Of a stretch of 64,000 nucleotides of DNA, positions 1 through 9,805 are shown in pieces (position 1 is the stretch's first letter; every line of letters starts with the position of its first letter). The position numbers and the translations under genes were made by a program. This stretch comes from an uncultured Clostridia bacterium (GTDB lineage Bacteria > Bacillota > Clostridia > TANB77 > CAG-508): NCBI GenBank assembly GCA_947426305.1, contig CANEDP010000004.1, positions 2,067 to 66,066 on the forward strand, given 5' to 3'. The notes under the pieces are model-generated. The model saw only the letters and a program-made list of their open reading frames with translations. It had not been told where the DNA came from and did no database searches.

Positions 1-1887
1 AAGTTGTCCTAAAAATTCATAATAATCTTCTTCAATATGAGTTTGTTTTAAATTATTGAATATTCTTTCCTTTAGATCATGCAAAATGTTTTTAACAATA
101 TTATCTTCTAATTTATTACCTCTTAATTTATTTTCTATAAATTTAATTCTTCCATTAGGTGCAGTCATTATGTCTTGTTCTGTTATTACAACTGATAACT
201 CTTTTTCTTTTAATATTTTGCAAAGTTCACCATATAATATTCCTGTTTTTATAAAATCTTCCGATGTAATTATTCTTCTTGAATCATAAAGTTCATCGTA
301 TCTTTTCCATGTATTAGAATTATATTTTTTAAACTCTAATTGTTTATCACGTGCTGGTTTATCACTATCACTTAGTACTAGATATCTTCGTGGAATTAAT
401 TCTAAAATATTACAAGTAGATTTTATATCTTTGACACCATTGGAAAAACAAGTACCATAACTCTTTAAATTTTCAACATCTTTTTTATATTGAGCAGGAA
501 TTTTCGATAAAGCAGTATGAAATAATACTTTATCTGTCCATCCTTCAAAAACAATATTAAAATCTTTTAGTGATTCAAATAGAGAATATCCTAATGCATT
601 ATAAATTACTTCTTCATCTATATAATTTGAAGAATTTACTTGCTCTATTGTAGTTTTCTCTTTCTGTTTTTTTACAATATAGTGTATATCTATATTCTCT
701 TTATCAATCATAAAAATAGAATGAGTACTATAAAAGACTATATTATCCTTAGAAATATTTAGTAATTCATCTCTTAAATGCCTTTGACCTTTTATGTGCA
801 AACTTATTTCAGGCTCATCTATTATAATGACACTATTTTTTAAAGATTTGCTTTTATTTTTAGCTGAAATTAGTAGTAAAAAGGTAACAAACCTTTTAAA
901 TCCATCACTTCTATCTGATAAATCGTAATGATTATATGTATCTTTAATAGAAATAACTAAATCTGCACCATCTGGCTCTAATGAAAATTCTATATTTCTA
1001 TAATCGGGCCAAACATTTACAAAATGCTTGGTTGTACTCTTAGCTACTCTTTTTAAAGTATTTCTTAAGGAATTAAGATTTTTTTCTTTTGCTTCTGCAA
1101 TTGTCTGTTCTATATCTGTTATTCCTAATAGTTGAAACATAGATTTTAAAGGTAAGCATAAATTAGGATTTTTTGCAAATTTGTCTAAGTTTATTTTCGG
1201 TGGTAATAGATTTTTTTCATTATATTCCCAAAAAATAACATTTGGCATTTTCTCACTTACTTCTTTTTTTATTGCCCTTATTAATAATTCTTCTACTTCG
1301 TTAAAATCTATATTTTCTAATTGCTCAATAGATTCTTCTGATAATATAGATGAATCTATAATAGAAAATTTTGATAAATCTAGAGCCTTTCCTTCTAATT
1401 TTCTTGTTAATACCAATTCAGTAACATTCTCAGGATATTTTTTAAAATCAGATGAAATAGTGTATTCATCAAATTTGAAATTAAATACATTTCTAGTTTC
1501 TGTCATAAAGTTTATTCTACAATATCCTTTACATTCCTTACACAACTTTTTTAAATCTAATTTTTTATTATTTATTTGAGCAATTGTTTTTGAGTAGTTC
1601 TCCATATATATTTTTGATTTCACATTGTTATATATGTCTTCGAATTCATCATCAGTAAAGATAAAATCAAAATCAATGTACGATTCTTTAATAATTTCAT
1701 CATCAGCAGGTTCTCTCTGATCTTTTTTTGATGGCATATTATCATTATCTAAAAAAGATAGAGCTTTCAAAATATTGGATTTTCCAGCTTCTATTTCTCC
1801 TACAAAAATCTTGCACTTTTCAAAATCCGTTAATTCAAGGTATTCAATGGATCTAAAATTTTTAATAGTTATTTTCTCTATTTTCAT
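1..1887 (-). CDS. OLD-family ATPase plus TOPRIM nuclease-like protein (5' complete, 3' end outside the window)
   Basis: Hand translation is open from ATG 1887 to position 1 (629 codons). It is absent from the ORF track because there is no stop in the window. Motifs: Walker A VGEIEAGKSNILKAL, Walker B IIIDEPEISLH, STHS, and TOPRIM-like VFEGWTDKVLF and LVLSDSDKPA. Confidence 0.75.
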   Translation of the reverse strand, partial: MKIEKITIKNFRSIEYLELTDFEKCKIFVGEIEAGKSNILKALSFLDNDNMPSKKDQREPADDEIIKESYIDFDFIFTDDEFEDIYNNVKSKIYMENYSKTIAQINNKKLDLKKLCKECKGYCRINFMTETRNVFNFKFDEYTISSDFKKYPENVTELVLTRKLEGKALDLSKFSIIDSSILSEESIEQLENIDFNEVEELLIRAIKKEVSEKMPNVIFWEYNEKNLLPPKINLDKFAKNPNLCLPLKSMFQLLGITDIEQTIAEAKEKNLNSLRNTLKRVAKSTTKHFVNVWPDYRNIEFSLEPDGADLVISIKDTYNHYDLSDRSDGFKRFVTFLLLISAKNKSKSLKNSVIIIDEPEISLHIKGQRHLRDELLNISKDNIVFYSTHSIFMIDKENIDIHYIVKKQKEKTTIEQVNSSNYIDEEVIYNALGYSLFESLKDFNIVFEGWTDKVLFHTALSKIPAQYKKDVENLKSYGTCFSNGVKDIKSTCNILELIPRRYLVLSDSDKPARDKQLEFKKYNSNTWKRYDELYDSRRIITSEDFIKTGILYGELCKILKEKELSVVITEQDIMTAPNGRIKFIENKLRGNKLEDNIVKNILHDLKERIFNNLKQTHIEEDYYEFLGQL

Positions 1888-1904
1888 AATCAATTACTTC
1901 CCTT

Positions 1905-3014
1905 CTATTTCTTATTTATCAACCACTCATATACTTCATCTTCTGTCAAAACTCCATGTTTCAACTTATTCACCTTATCCTTAGCATCCTTCTTCCACTT
2001 CTCAAAATCTTTCTTCATCTGTTCATTATCCTTATTTCTCCCAACAGCCATCGACTTTTGCTGATATAGCCTTCGATATTCTGCCAATGCTTTATTTTGC
2101 TTCAATCTTTCATTATATGCTTGAAAAGCGCCTTGCTCTCTGCAAGTTTTTCCATTTGCTTTCGGATAATCACAATAAATCTCATCTAGTCTTGAACTAG
2201 GAATAAAATACATTCCACAATTCTGACATTTCTTAATTGGCAAATTACTCATTTGCACCAATTCTTCTAACACAACATAACAAACTGCAGACAAATCATT
2301 ACTTTGGTGCATATCATTCATAGAAACTAGCATTGCATTGTCTTTCAATTGATTCAATAACTCTATTTCACTCATATTGCCAAATTCTTGGTTCTTATTC
2401 GAATAACTATCTCGTATCAAAAGATCATTTCTATTGTAAGTAAATGCTTGTCCTTTATGTTTCATTAAATATACAGCAAATCTTTGAGCAGGTGTAAATT
2501 CTTTCAATTCTTCATTTTCATTCAGATTATACACGTAATTCACAAAATCAAGCATTTCTTTCTGCACTTCTTGGATTTTTTCTTGCAAATCATGATATAT
2601 TCTTTCCATCTCTTTTAAATATTCGACATCATCTGCGTATTTTCCTTTTAATTCAAGCTTATAATCTTTTTCAAGGTCTTTTAAAATCTCGAATCCATAC
2701 GCAAAAAAGAAACTCTCATAAGCTTTTTCATAACTTTCTAAATTAGCATTCAAAAATCTCAACAAAAACATTCCCATTCTTTCTACATACGGAAAATATA
2801 AGTTAGCTGGAAACTTCAAGCCTTGTTCTTGCTGACTTCTGTTTTCAGACTCTTTCTCATCAAAATATATATTTACTAATCTATTATCATAATCCACTTT
2901 TGTATTAGCCTTATACAAATATAATGGTGTTGAATAATATTCTTGTTTCTCATCTTTATTAAACCAAATATAAAAATTGTCGAAAAAAATTTTTTCTGGC
3001 AAAACTCCACTCAT
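1905..3014 (-). CDS. Hypothetical Cys-cluster (zinc-ribbon-like) protein, probably co-transcribed with the OLD-like gene
   Basis: 369 aa. Its stop is 17 nt before the OLD-like start. C-terminal cluster KKCQNCGMYF..IYCDYP..GKTCREQGA. From memory it resembles DUF6076-type proteins of Firmicutes mobile elements; this is unverified. Confidence 0.5.
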   Translation of the reverse strand: MSGVLPEKIFFDNFYIWFNKDEKQEYYSTPLYLYKANTKVDYDNRLVNIYFDEKESENRSQQEQGLKFPANLYFPYVERMGMFLLRFLNANLESYEKAYESFFFAYGFEILKDLEKDYKLELKGKYADDVEYLKEMERIYHDLQEKIQEVQKEMLDFVNYVYNLNENEELKEFTPAQRFAVYLMKHKGQAFTYNRNDLLIRDSYSNKNQEFGNMSEIELLNQLKDNAMLVSMNDMHQSNDLSAVCYVVLEELVQMSNLPIKKCQNCGMYFIPSSRLDEIYCDYPKANGKTCREQGAFQAYNERLKQNKALAEYRRLYQQKSMAVGRNKDNEQMKKDFEKWKKDAKDKVNKLKHGVLTEDEVYEWLINKK

Positions 3015-3184
3015 TTCAATATCTCCCTTGAATTAATTGTTTACAATTAATATTTTTTTACATTTTGTTATTGACATTCTATAATTATTATACTATAATC
3101 CTAATATAATTACAATACTTTCTTAGCAAAAATATTGTTAAAAATATTGCAAACAAAAAATCAACCAAAGGAGAAAATGCAGAA

Positions 3185-3643
3185 TTGAACACCAAAGAAC
3201 AGATTTTAGACTTATATTACAATGAACATTTAAAACAAAATAAAATTGCCGAAATAGTTGGAACAAGTACACAATATGTTTCAAAAATCGTAAAAGCAGA
3301 TACTCGCAATAAACAAGAAAAAGAAAATCGTAAACAACAAAATAGCGAAAAAAGAGTAGTTTACTTACAAAATTACTTCAAAACTTATGAAAGACCAAAG
3401 AAAGAGGATACTTCTTATGAGCAAATGAAAAATCAACAAAAACAAGATGCCATTGAATTATCGTATCATAATGAGCTTTCAGACCTTGCCTTTGCGAAAT
3501 GGAATTCTAGTGCTTATCATACAAACAATAAAGGCAATTTAGTATTAGATAGAAAATTAACAGTTGGATTTGATGTTCCGAAAACAATCAATATGAATAT
3601 CAAACTACCAACTCAAAAATATAAACATTCTTGTAATTATTAG
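3185..3643 (+). CDS. Small HTH DNA-binding protein (element regulator?)
   Basis: TTG start 11 nt after AGGAG. N-terminal HTH-like LKQNKIAEIVGTSTQYVSKIV. Divergent from the 1905-3014 gene. Confidence 0.5.
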   Translation: MNTKEQILDLYYNEHLKQNKIAEIVGTSTQYVSKIVKADTRNKQEKENRKQQNSEKRVVYLQNYFKTYERPKKEDTSYEQMKNQQKQDAIELSYHNELSDLAFAKWNSSAYHTNNKGNLVLDRKLTVGFDVPKTINMNIKLPTQKYKHSCNY

Positions 3644-3706
3644 ATTTTATTATTTTAATAAAGTCTATTTTTTTATGAAAAAAATTAACGAAAGGAGGAC
3701 AAAATT

Positions 3707-3919
3707 ATGCCTGAAAAAATTGAAGATAGTTATGCTTTCATGTTTACTTCTTATCCAGATGTAGTAAATGTTGAACAATTACAAGAAATGCTTGGAATTG
3801 GCGTTACTCTCGCTTATCGCTTAGTAAGAGAGCAGAAAATTAGAGCATTTAAAGTTGGTAGAGAATATAAAATACCAAAAGCAAATGTAATTAGCTATTT
3901 AATGAATGAAAACGCTTAA
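3707..3919 (+). CDS. xis: Excisionase / HTH_17-type DNA-binding protein
   Basis: 70 aa with VEQLQEMLGIGVTLAYRLVREQKIRAFKVGREYKIPKANV. RBS AGGAGG. Lies immediately upstream of the integrase. Confidence 0.7.
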   Translation: MPEKIEDSYAFMFTSYPDVVNVEQLQEMLGIGVTLAYRLVREQKIRAFKVGREYKIPKANVISYLMNENA

Positions 3920-4011
3920 ATCACTAGACATTAATTTACTTCCATGATATTATATTCTTGATATCAATAAGTAGGTTAAAATTTAAGTTGTTATGCAAAG
4001 AAAGGAGTATT

Positions 4012-5187
4012 ATGAATATAACAGCAAACCTATTTATCAAACGTGGTTTATACTACGTTATTTTAAATTATAGAGATAACAATAATAAAAGAAAACAAAA
4101 ATGGATTCCTACTGGAATACCAGAAAAAGGAAACAACAAAAGAATAGCCAATCAAAAATTAGATGAGATCAAACGAAACTATCAAAAATACTTACCAATG
4201 GAATCTACTTTTGAATTAGAAGAAACCGATAAATATTTTGAAGTATACCTTAATGAGTGGTTAGAATCACACAAAAATAAAATTGAAGAAAACACTTACG
4301 ATTCCTATAAAACTGTTGTCAAGAAATCAACTGAATTTTTCAATGGTCAAAATATAAAGTTAAAAGATTTAAAACCAATTCATATTCAAAAGTTTTACGA
4401 TTCTTTATTTGCAAAAGGATTAAAAAGCAATACTGTATTGCACTATCATGCCAATATCAGAAAAGCTTTAGATGTGGCTATGAAACTTGATATTATACCA
4501 AGTAATCCTGCTGATAAGATTGAAAGACCAAAAAAGAATCAATTTATTGGAGATTTTTATAGTATTGCTGAATTAGAAACATTATACAAAATATCAAAAA
4601 ACGATCCATTATATATCGTGATACTTTTAGCTAGTTTTTATGGTTTAAGACGAAGTGAAGTTTTAGGTTTGAAATGGCCTGCCTTTGATTTCACTAATAA
4701 TACAATCACTATCAAACATAAAGTAATAGAAACAATCGTAGATAATAAGAGAACACTACTTTTGAAAGATAAAACAAAAAATCTTTCTAGCTATCGTTCT
4801 TTGCCATTAATGCCTGAAATAAAAGAAGCTTTGCTTGAACACAAGAAAAAAATTGAAACTAATAAAAAACTTTGCCGAAATAGTTACAATAAAGAATATA
4901 AAGATTATATTTGTGTAGATGCTGTAGGAAAAATATTTAGACCTGAATATATTACTGACCACTTTTCTCTAGTATTGAAAAAGAATAATTTAAGACATAT
5001 TCGTTTTCATGACTTGAGACATTCGTGTGCAAGTTTATTATTAGCAAAAAAAGTTCCCATGAAAGCAATTCAAGAATGGCTTGGACATTCTACTTATTCT
5101 ACAACAGCAAATTTATATACCCATTTGGAAAGCAATACAAAAAATATCTCTGCCAATATTTTATCAGAAGCAATCAATTTATCATAA
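4012..5187 (+). CDS. int: Tyrosine site-specific integrase
   Basis: ATG 4012 follows AAAGGAG. C-terminal catalytic motifs HDLRHSCASLLL and LGHSTYSTTANLYTH. Confidence 0.9.
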   Translation: MNITANLFIKRGLYYVILNYRDNNNKRKQKWIPTGIPEKGNNKRIANQKLDEIKRNYQKYLPMESTFELEETDKYFEVYLNEWLESHKNKIEENTYDSYKTVVKKSTEFFNGQNIKLKDLKPIHIQKFYDSLFAKGLKSNTVLHYHANIRKALDVAMKLDIIPSNPADKIERPKKNQFIGDFYSIAELETLYKISKNDPLYIVILLASFYGLRRSEVLGLKWPAFDFTNNTITIKHKVIETIVDNKRTLLLKDKTKNLSSYRSLPLMPEIKEALLEHKKKIETNKKLCRNSYNKEYKDYICVDAVGKIFRPEYITDHFSLVLKKNNLRHIRFHDLRHSCASLLLAKKVPMKAIQEWLGHSTYSTTANLYTHLESNTKNISANILSEAINLS

Positions 5188-5203
5188 TTTGGCTTTGGAC
5201 AAG

Positions 5204-5227
5204 TTTGTTTGACATTTTGTTTGACAT
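5204..5227. repeat. Tandem 12-mer TTTGTTTGACAT x2 between int and tRNA-Gln (candidate arm-type integrase or Xis sites)
   Basis: Two perfect adjacent copies, at 5204-5215 and 5216-5227. Confidence 0.5.
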
Positions 5228-5274
5228 ATAAGAAAAATAGTGAACTACAGTCTCCTGAATCTCACTATTTTCAA

Positions 5275-5349
5275 TGGCTGGGCTGGTGGGATTCGAACAC
5301 ACGCATGCCAGAGTCAAAGTCTGGTGCCTTACCGCTTGGCTACAGCCCA
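5275..5349 (-). tRNA. tRNA-Gln (UUG)
   Basis: 75-nt cloverleaf folded by hand. Anticodon loop is CUUUGAC, CCA is encoded, and the acceptor stem has 7 bp. One U:C mismatch in the T stem. Confidence 0.9.
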
Positions 5350-5358
5350 ATATTTTAA

Positions 5359-5436
5359 TGGGGTGGAAGATGGGACTCGAACCCACGGTCTCCAGTGCCA
5401 CAAACTGGCGCGTTAACCAACTACGCCACATCCACC
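5359..5436 (-). tRNA. tRNA-His (GUG)
   Basis: 78 nt with G-1 and encoded CCA. Normal 7-nt anticodon loop UUGUGGC. Confidence 0.9.
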
Positions 5437-5469
5437 ATTTATTATTTGTTTTTTTCATAATGCTATTCT

Positions 5470-5498
5470 ATTTTAAACTATTATTTGAAGTTTGTCAA
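5470..5498 (-). promoter_or_regulatory. Sigma-A type promoter for the tRNA-His/tRNA-Gln pair
   Basis: Minus strand reads TTGACA-N17-TAAAAT, ending about 35 nt upstream of the tRNA-His 5' end. Confidence 0.55.
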
Positions 5499-5586
5499 TA
5501 CAAATTTTACTTTTTTATCGATATTTTGCAAGAATAGATATTAAAAAAGGCAGAAATATATTCTATTACTGCCCTTTATCTTTGTT

Positions 5587-6084
5587 TTATTGTTGTTCTG
5601 ATATTTTGATTGTAAAATCATACGCATTTGAAAAATCCGCTGTCGATGCTGAATTTAATTTTACTGTTTGCCCTGGCTCTACGTTACCAATAATCCCACC
5701 TATTGTTACAATTTCGTTTCCATCTTTGTCTAACAAAGTAATGTCAAGCAAAACTACATCTGCCTTCGTAGTACCAATATTCTTTACGTCTGCTAAGATT
5801 TCACATTTTCCATCTTTCTCTCTTAATTCAATATTAGAAACTTCATAATTACTAAATGTCTTTGTTTCAGCTAATTTATCACTTACATTTTGTTTTGTTC
5901 CATCTTCTAATACTTGTACAAATTCTCCTACTTCTTGTGATTGTGTAATATTTTCTTCAATAACTTGATTATCCACTACATCATCTGTATTATTACTTTT
6001 GTTTCTTATATTAACCAATACTGCTATCACAGCAATAGCAATAATTATTAATACTAAAATCATCCTTCTCTCACTTTTTTTCAT
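5587..6084 (-). CDS. Membrane-anchored small protein with an extracellular beta-rich domain (FxLYD-like?)
   Basis: N-terminal TM segment ILVLIIIAIAVIAVLV. C-terminal ..VVLLDITLLDKDGNEI.. resembles FxLYD-type domains (weak recall). Confidence 0.4.
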   Translation of the reverse strand: MKKSERRMILVLIIIAIAVIAVLVNIRNKSNNTDDVVDNQVIEENITQSQEVGEFVQVLEDGTKQNVSDKLAETKTFSNYEVSNIELREKDGKCEILADVKNIGTTKADVVLLDITLLDKDGNEIVTIGGIIGNVEPGQTVKLNSASTADFSNAYDFTIKISEQQ

Positions 6085-6100
6085 TTGTTTTACCTCCCAA

Positions 6101-6151
6101 TTTTTTAAAATATACTTAATATTTTTATATTATTAAGTATATTTTAAAAAA
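6101..6151. repeat. Perfect 21-bp inverted repeat with a 9-bp spacer in a divergent promoter region
   Basis: TTTTTTAAAATATACTTAATA (6101-6121) and its exact reverse complement (6131-6151). Confidence 0.8.
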
Positions 6152-6263
6152 ATAATATTGTCAAGAGTTTCAAAAAATTTTGTAACCAAATTTCTAATTT
6201 CGAATATTATATAACATACAAATGATTTTTAAGAGAAATCAAACGTCAAAGGGGGGAAATATC

Positions 6264-6389
6264 ATGCCAGAAAACAGAGGATGCGGATGTGGATGCGGAT
6301 TCGGTTTCGGTGGCGACTGCATTTGGATAATCGTTCTTATCTTAATCTTATGCTGTTGCTGTGGTGGAAATGACAGAGGATGTTGCTAA
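6264..6389 (+). CDS. 41-aa Cys/Gly-rich tiny transmembrane peptide (YjcZ / tiny_TM-like); below the ORF-track size cutoff
   Basis: Sequence MPENRGCGCGCGFGFGGDCIWIIVLILILCCCCGGNDRGCC. A GGGGGG RBS lies 7 nt upstream. A strong intrinsic terminator follows. Confidence 0.6.
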   Translation: MPENRGCGCGCGFGFGGDCIWIIVLILILCCCCGGNDRGCC

Positions 6390-6418
6390 TTCCATACCAT
6401 GCGAAACTACGCAAAAAA

Positions 6419-6450
6419 CCTGGAAGTTTACTAAAACTTCCAGGTTTTTC
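6419..6450 (+). terminator. Rho-independent terminator
   Basis: Stem CCTGGAAGTT / AACTTCCAGG with a 6-nt loop, followed by TTTTT. Confidence 0.85.
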
Positions 6451-6458
6451 TTAAAATC

Positions 6459-6487
6459 TTGACAATTTTATGTAAATATGTTATAAT
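6459..6487 (+). promoter_or_regulatory. Consensus sigma-A promoter
   Basis: TTGACA (6459-6464), N17, TATAAT (6482-6487), with TG at -15/-14. Lies about 80 nt upstream of ATG 6567. Confidence 0.75.
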
Positions 6488-6566
6488 ATAATTATAGAAT
6501 ATATGATTTTGATATATTTAGAAAATCACCAATAAAAATTAATTTATTTTTAAGGAGGACACCTTT

Positions 6567-7052
6567 ATGGCAACTATTAAGCACATAAAACTAATTCAAG
6601 CACGGATTATCTGTCTATTACCAAAAAATATACATCCGTCAAAAAAATCGTTTGAAGATTTAGGTTTTGTCTTTGAAACTGTAGAAGATGATGATTTATA
6701 TTTAGCAACTCTGCCCAAGGGCTGGAAATTAGATTCATCTGATTACTACTGGATTACTCTCATTGACGAGCAAAATCGTGAACGCGGCATTTACCATTAT
6801 GAATCTGATATGAGAAAATTTAGCGGAGAAACCAACTTACTTGAAAGATTTCATATTTACTTTGAACCTCATCGTTCTTCTAGCCCTGTTAAGATTTCTG
6901 TAAGAGATAGATCCAATGGAGAAATTCTTTTTAAAGCAGGACAGTGTAAAGGTTACCATACGCTAACTTTTGAAGATTTGGTTAACCATGCAGAATCGTT
7001 CTTAAATGAACGTTATCCTGAGTGGAAAAATCCTTTTGCCTACTGGGATTAA
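6567..7052 (+). CDS. Hypothetical protein (161 aa)
   Basis: AGGAGG RBS. Flanked by its own promoter and a terminator. Contains an in-frame CGG at 6603-6605. I recognise no family. Confidence 0.6.
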   Translation: MATIKHIKLIQARIICLLPKNIHPSKKSFEDLGFVFETVEDDDLYLATLPKGWKLDSSDYYWITLIDEQNRERGIYHYESDMRKFSGETNLLERFHIYFEPHRSSSPVKISVRDRSNGEILFKAGQCKGYHTLTFEDLVNHAESFLNERYPEWKNPFAYWD

Positions 7053-7077
7053 CAAATTAACTTCATAAAAAGAAATA

Positions 7078-7113
7078 AATCGCCTTTGGAAACTTCCATT
7101 GGCGATTTTTTAT
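7078..7113. terminator. Bidirectional intrinsic terminator between convergent genes
   Basis: Stem AATCGCC..TGGAA / TTCCA..GGCGATT, followed by TTTTTT. Confidence 0.75.
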
Positions 7114-7114
7114 T

Positions 7115-9114
<2,000 letters not shown>

Positions 9115-9153
9115 TACTTTATACCCATTTTCCAAAAATGTCAATACTTTTTT

Positions 9154-9789
9154 CTATTTTTTCTTAAATTGAATATTTTTTATGTCAGAAGATACAATTT
9201 TGATACCATATTCCTTAAAAATATTCACACTTGAATTAATCGCCTCTTCTTTTATTTTATATGCATTTTCTTGCTCCTTTATGACAGAAGTTACGATTTT
9301 TGATATTCTTTCACGAATTTGTTCAAGCAATTCTTCCCTAGAATAATAATTTCTTAACTGAATCACTTTATTGAAAAATTTAAGCGGTCTCTCGATTTGA
9401 AAATCAAAGGTTCCTTCTCCATAAAACTCTTTTCTATGTTTCTTTTTTAGGTAAAATTTGTTGCCAGTTATTGTGTTCAAATTAAAAAATAGGATACATA
9501 GTTTATCTTCATTATTTTTTGTAATATATTCGGCAAAATCTTCTGGAAAAGCTGTATTTGGCGCATCTCGAATAGTATAGACTCCCTCTTCTTTAATCGC
9601 ATCTAAAATTTGACCTTTTTCAAAAAGAACCGCATATTGTTTTTCCTTTAATTTAACAACATAATGCTGATTTTCATCTAGTTTTTGCTTATACAGCAAA
9701 ATATTATTATCGAGTTTTTGGCATTCAATGATGTTATATTCTTCATCATCTTCTAAAATATTAGAAAAACGCATTTTTCGCCTTTTCAT
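9154..9789 (-). CDS. Hypothetical protein (possibly SPFH/COG4260-like); start uncertain (9789 or 9774)
   Basis: Long ORF with compositional coding bias. Only a weak resemblance to a known family. Confidence 0.45.
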   Translation of the reverse strand: MKRRKMRFSNILEDDEEYNIIECQKLDNNILLYKQKLDENQHYVVKLKEKQYAVLFEKGQILDAIKEEGVYTIRDAPNTAFPEDFAEYITKNNEDKLCILFFNLNTITGNKFYLKKKHRKEFYGEGTFDFQIERPLKFFNKVIQLRNYYSREELLEQIRERISKIVTSVIKEQENAYKIKEEAINSSVNIFKEYGIKIVSSDIKNIQFKKK

Positions 9790-9805
9790 TCCTCTCTAAA
9801 ATGAA

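Larger units (their letters stand above)
1..5274. mobile_element. Right-hand portion of an integrative element inserted beside the 3' end of tRNA-Gln; continues beyond the window start
   Basis: Integrase, excisionase and HTH module lies directly next to the tRNA 3' end. Cargo includes an OLD-like nuclease. Tandem 12-mers lie between int and the tRNA. The left end is not in the window. Confidence 0.55.

Noticed and set aside
3958-4011. An upstream alternative start extending the integrase by 18 codons
   Set aside because: ATG 4012 has a good AAAGGAG RBS, and the integrase N-terminus MNITANLFIKRG.. is typical.
5359-5436. The 78-nt tRNA-His as a possible expanded-anticodon (quadruplet-reading) tRNA
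   Set aside because: Hand folding gives a normal 7-nt anticodon loop (UUGUGGC). The extra length comes from G-1, a 9-nt D loop and the encoded CCA.
5174-5537. ORFs 5174-5458 (-) and 5274-5537 (+)
   Set aside because: They overlap the two tRNA genes and the tRNA promoter. They are artefacts of the six-frame translation.
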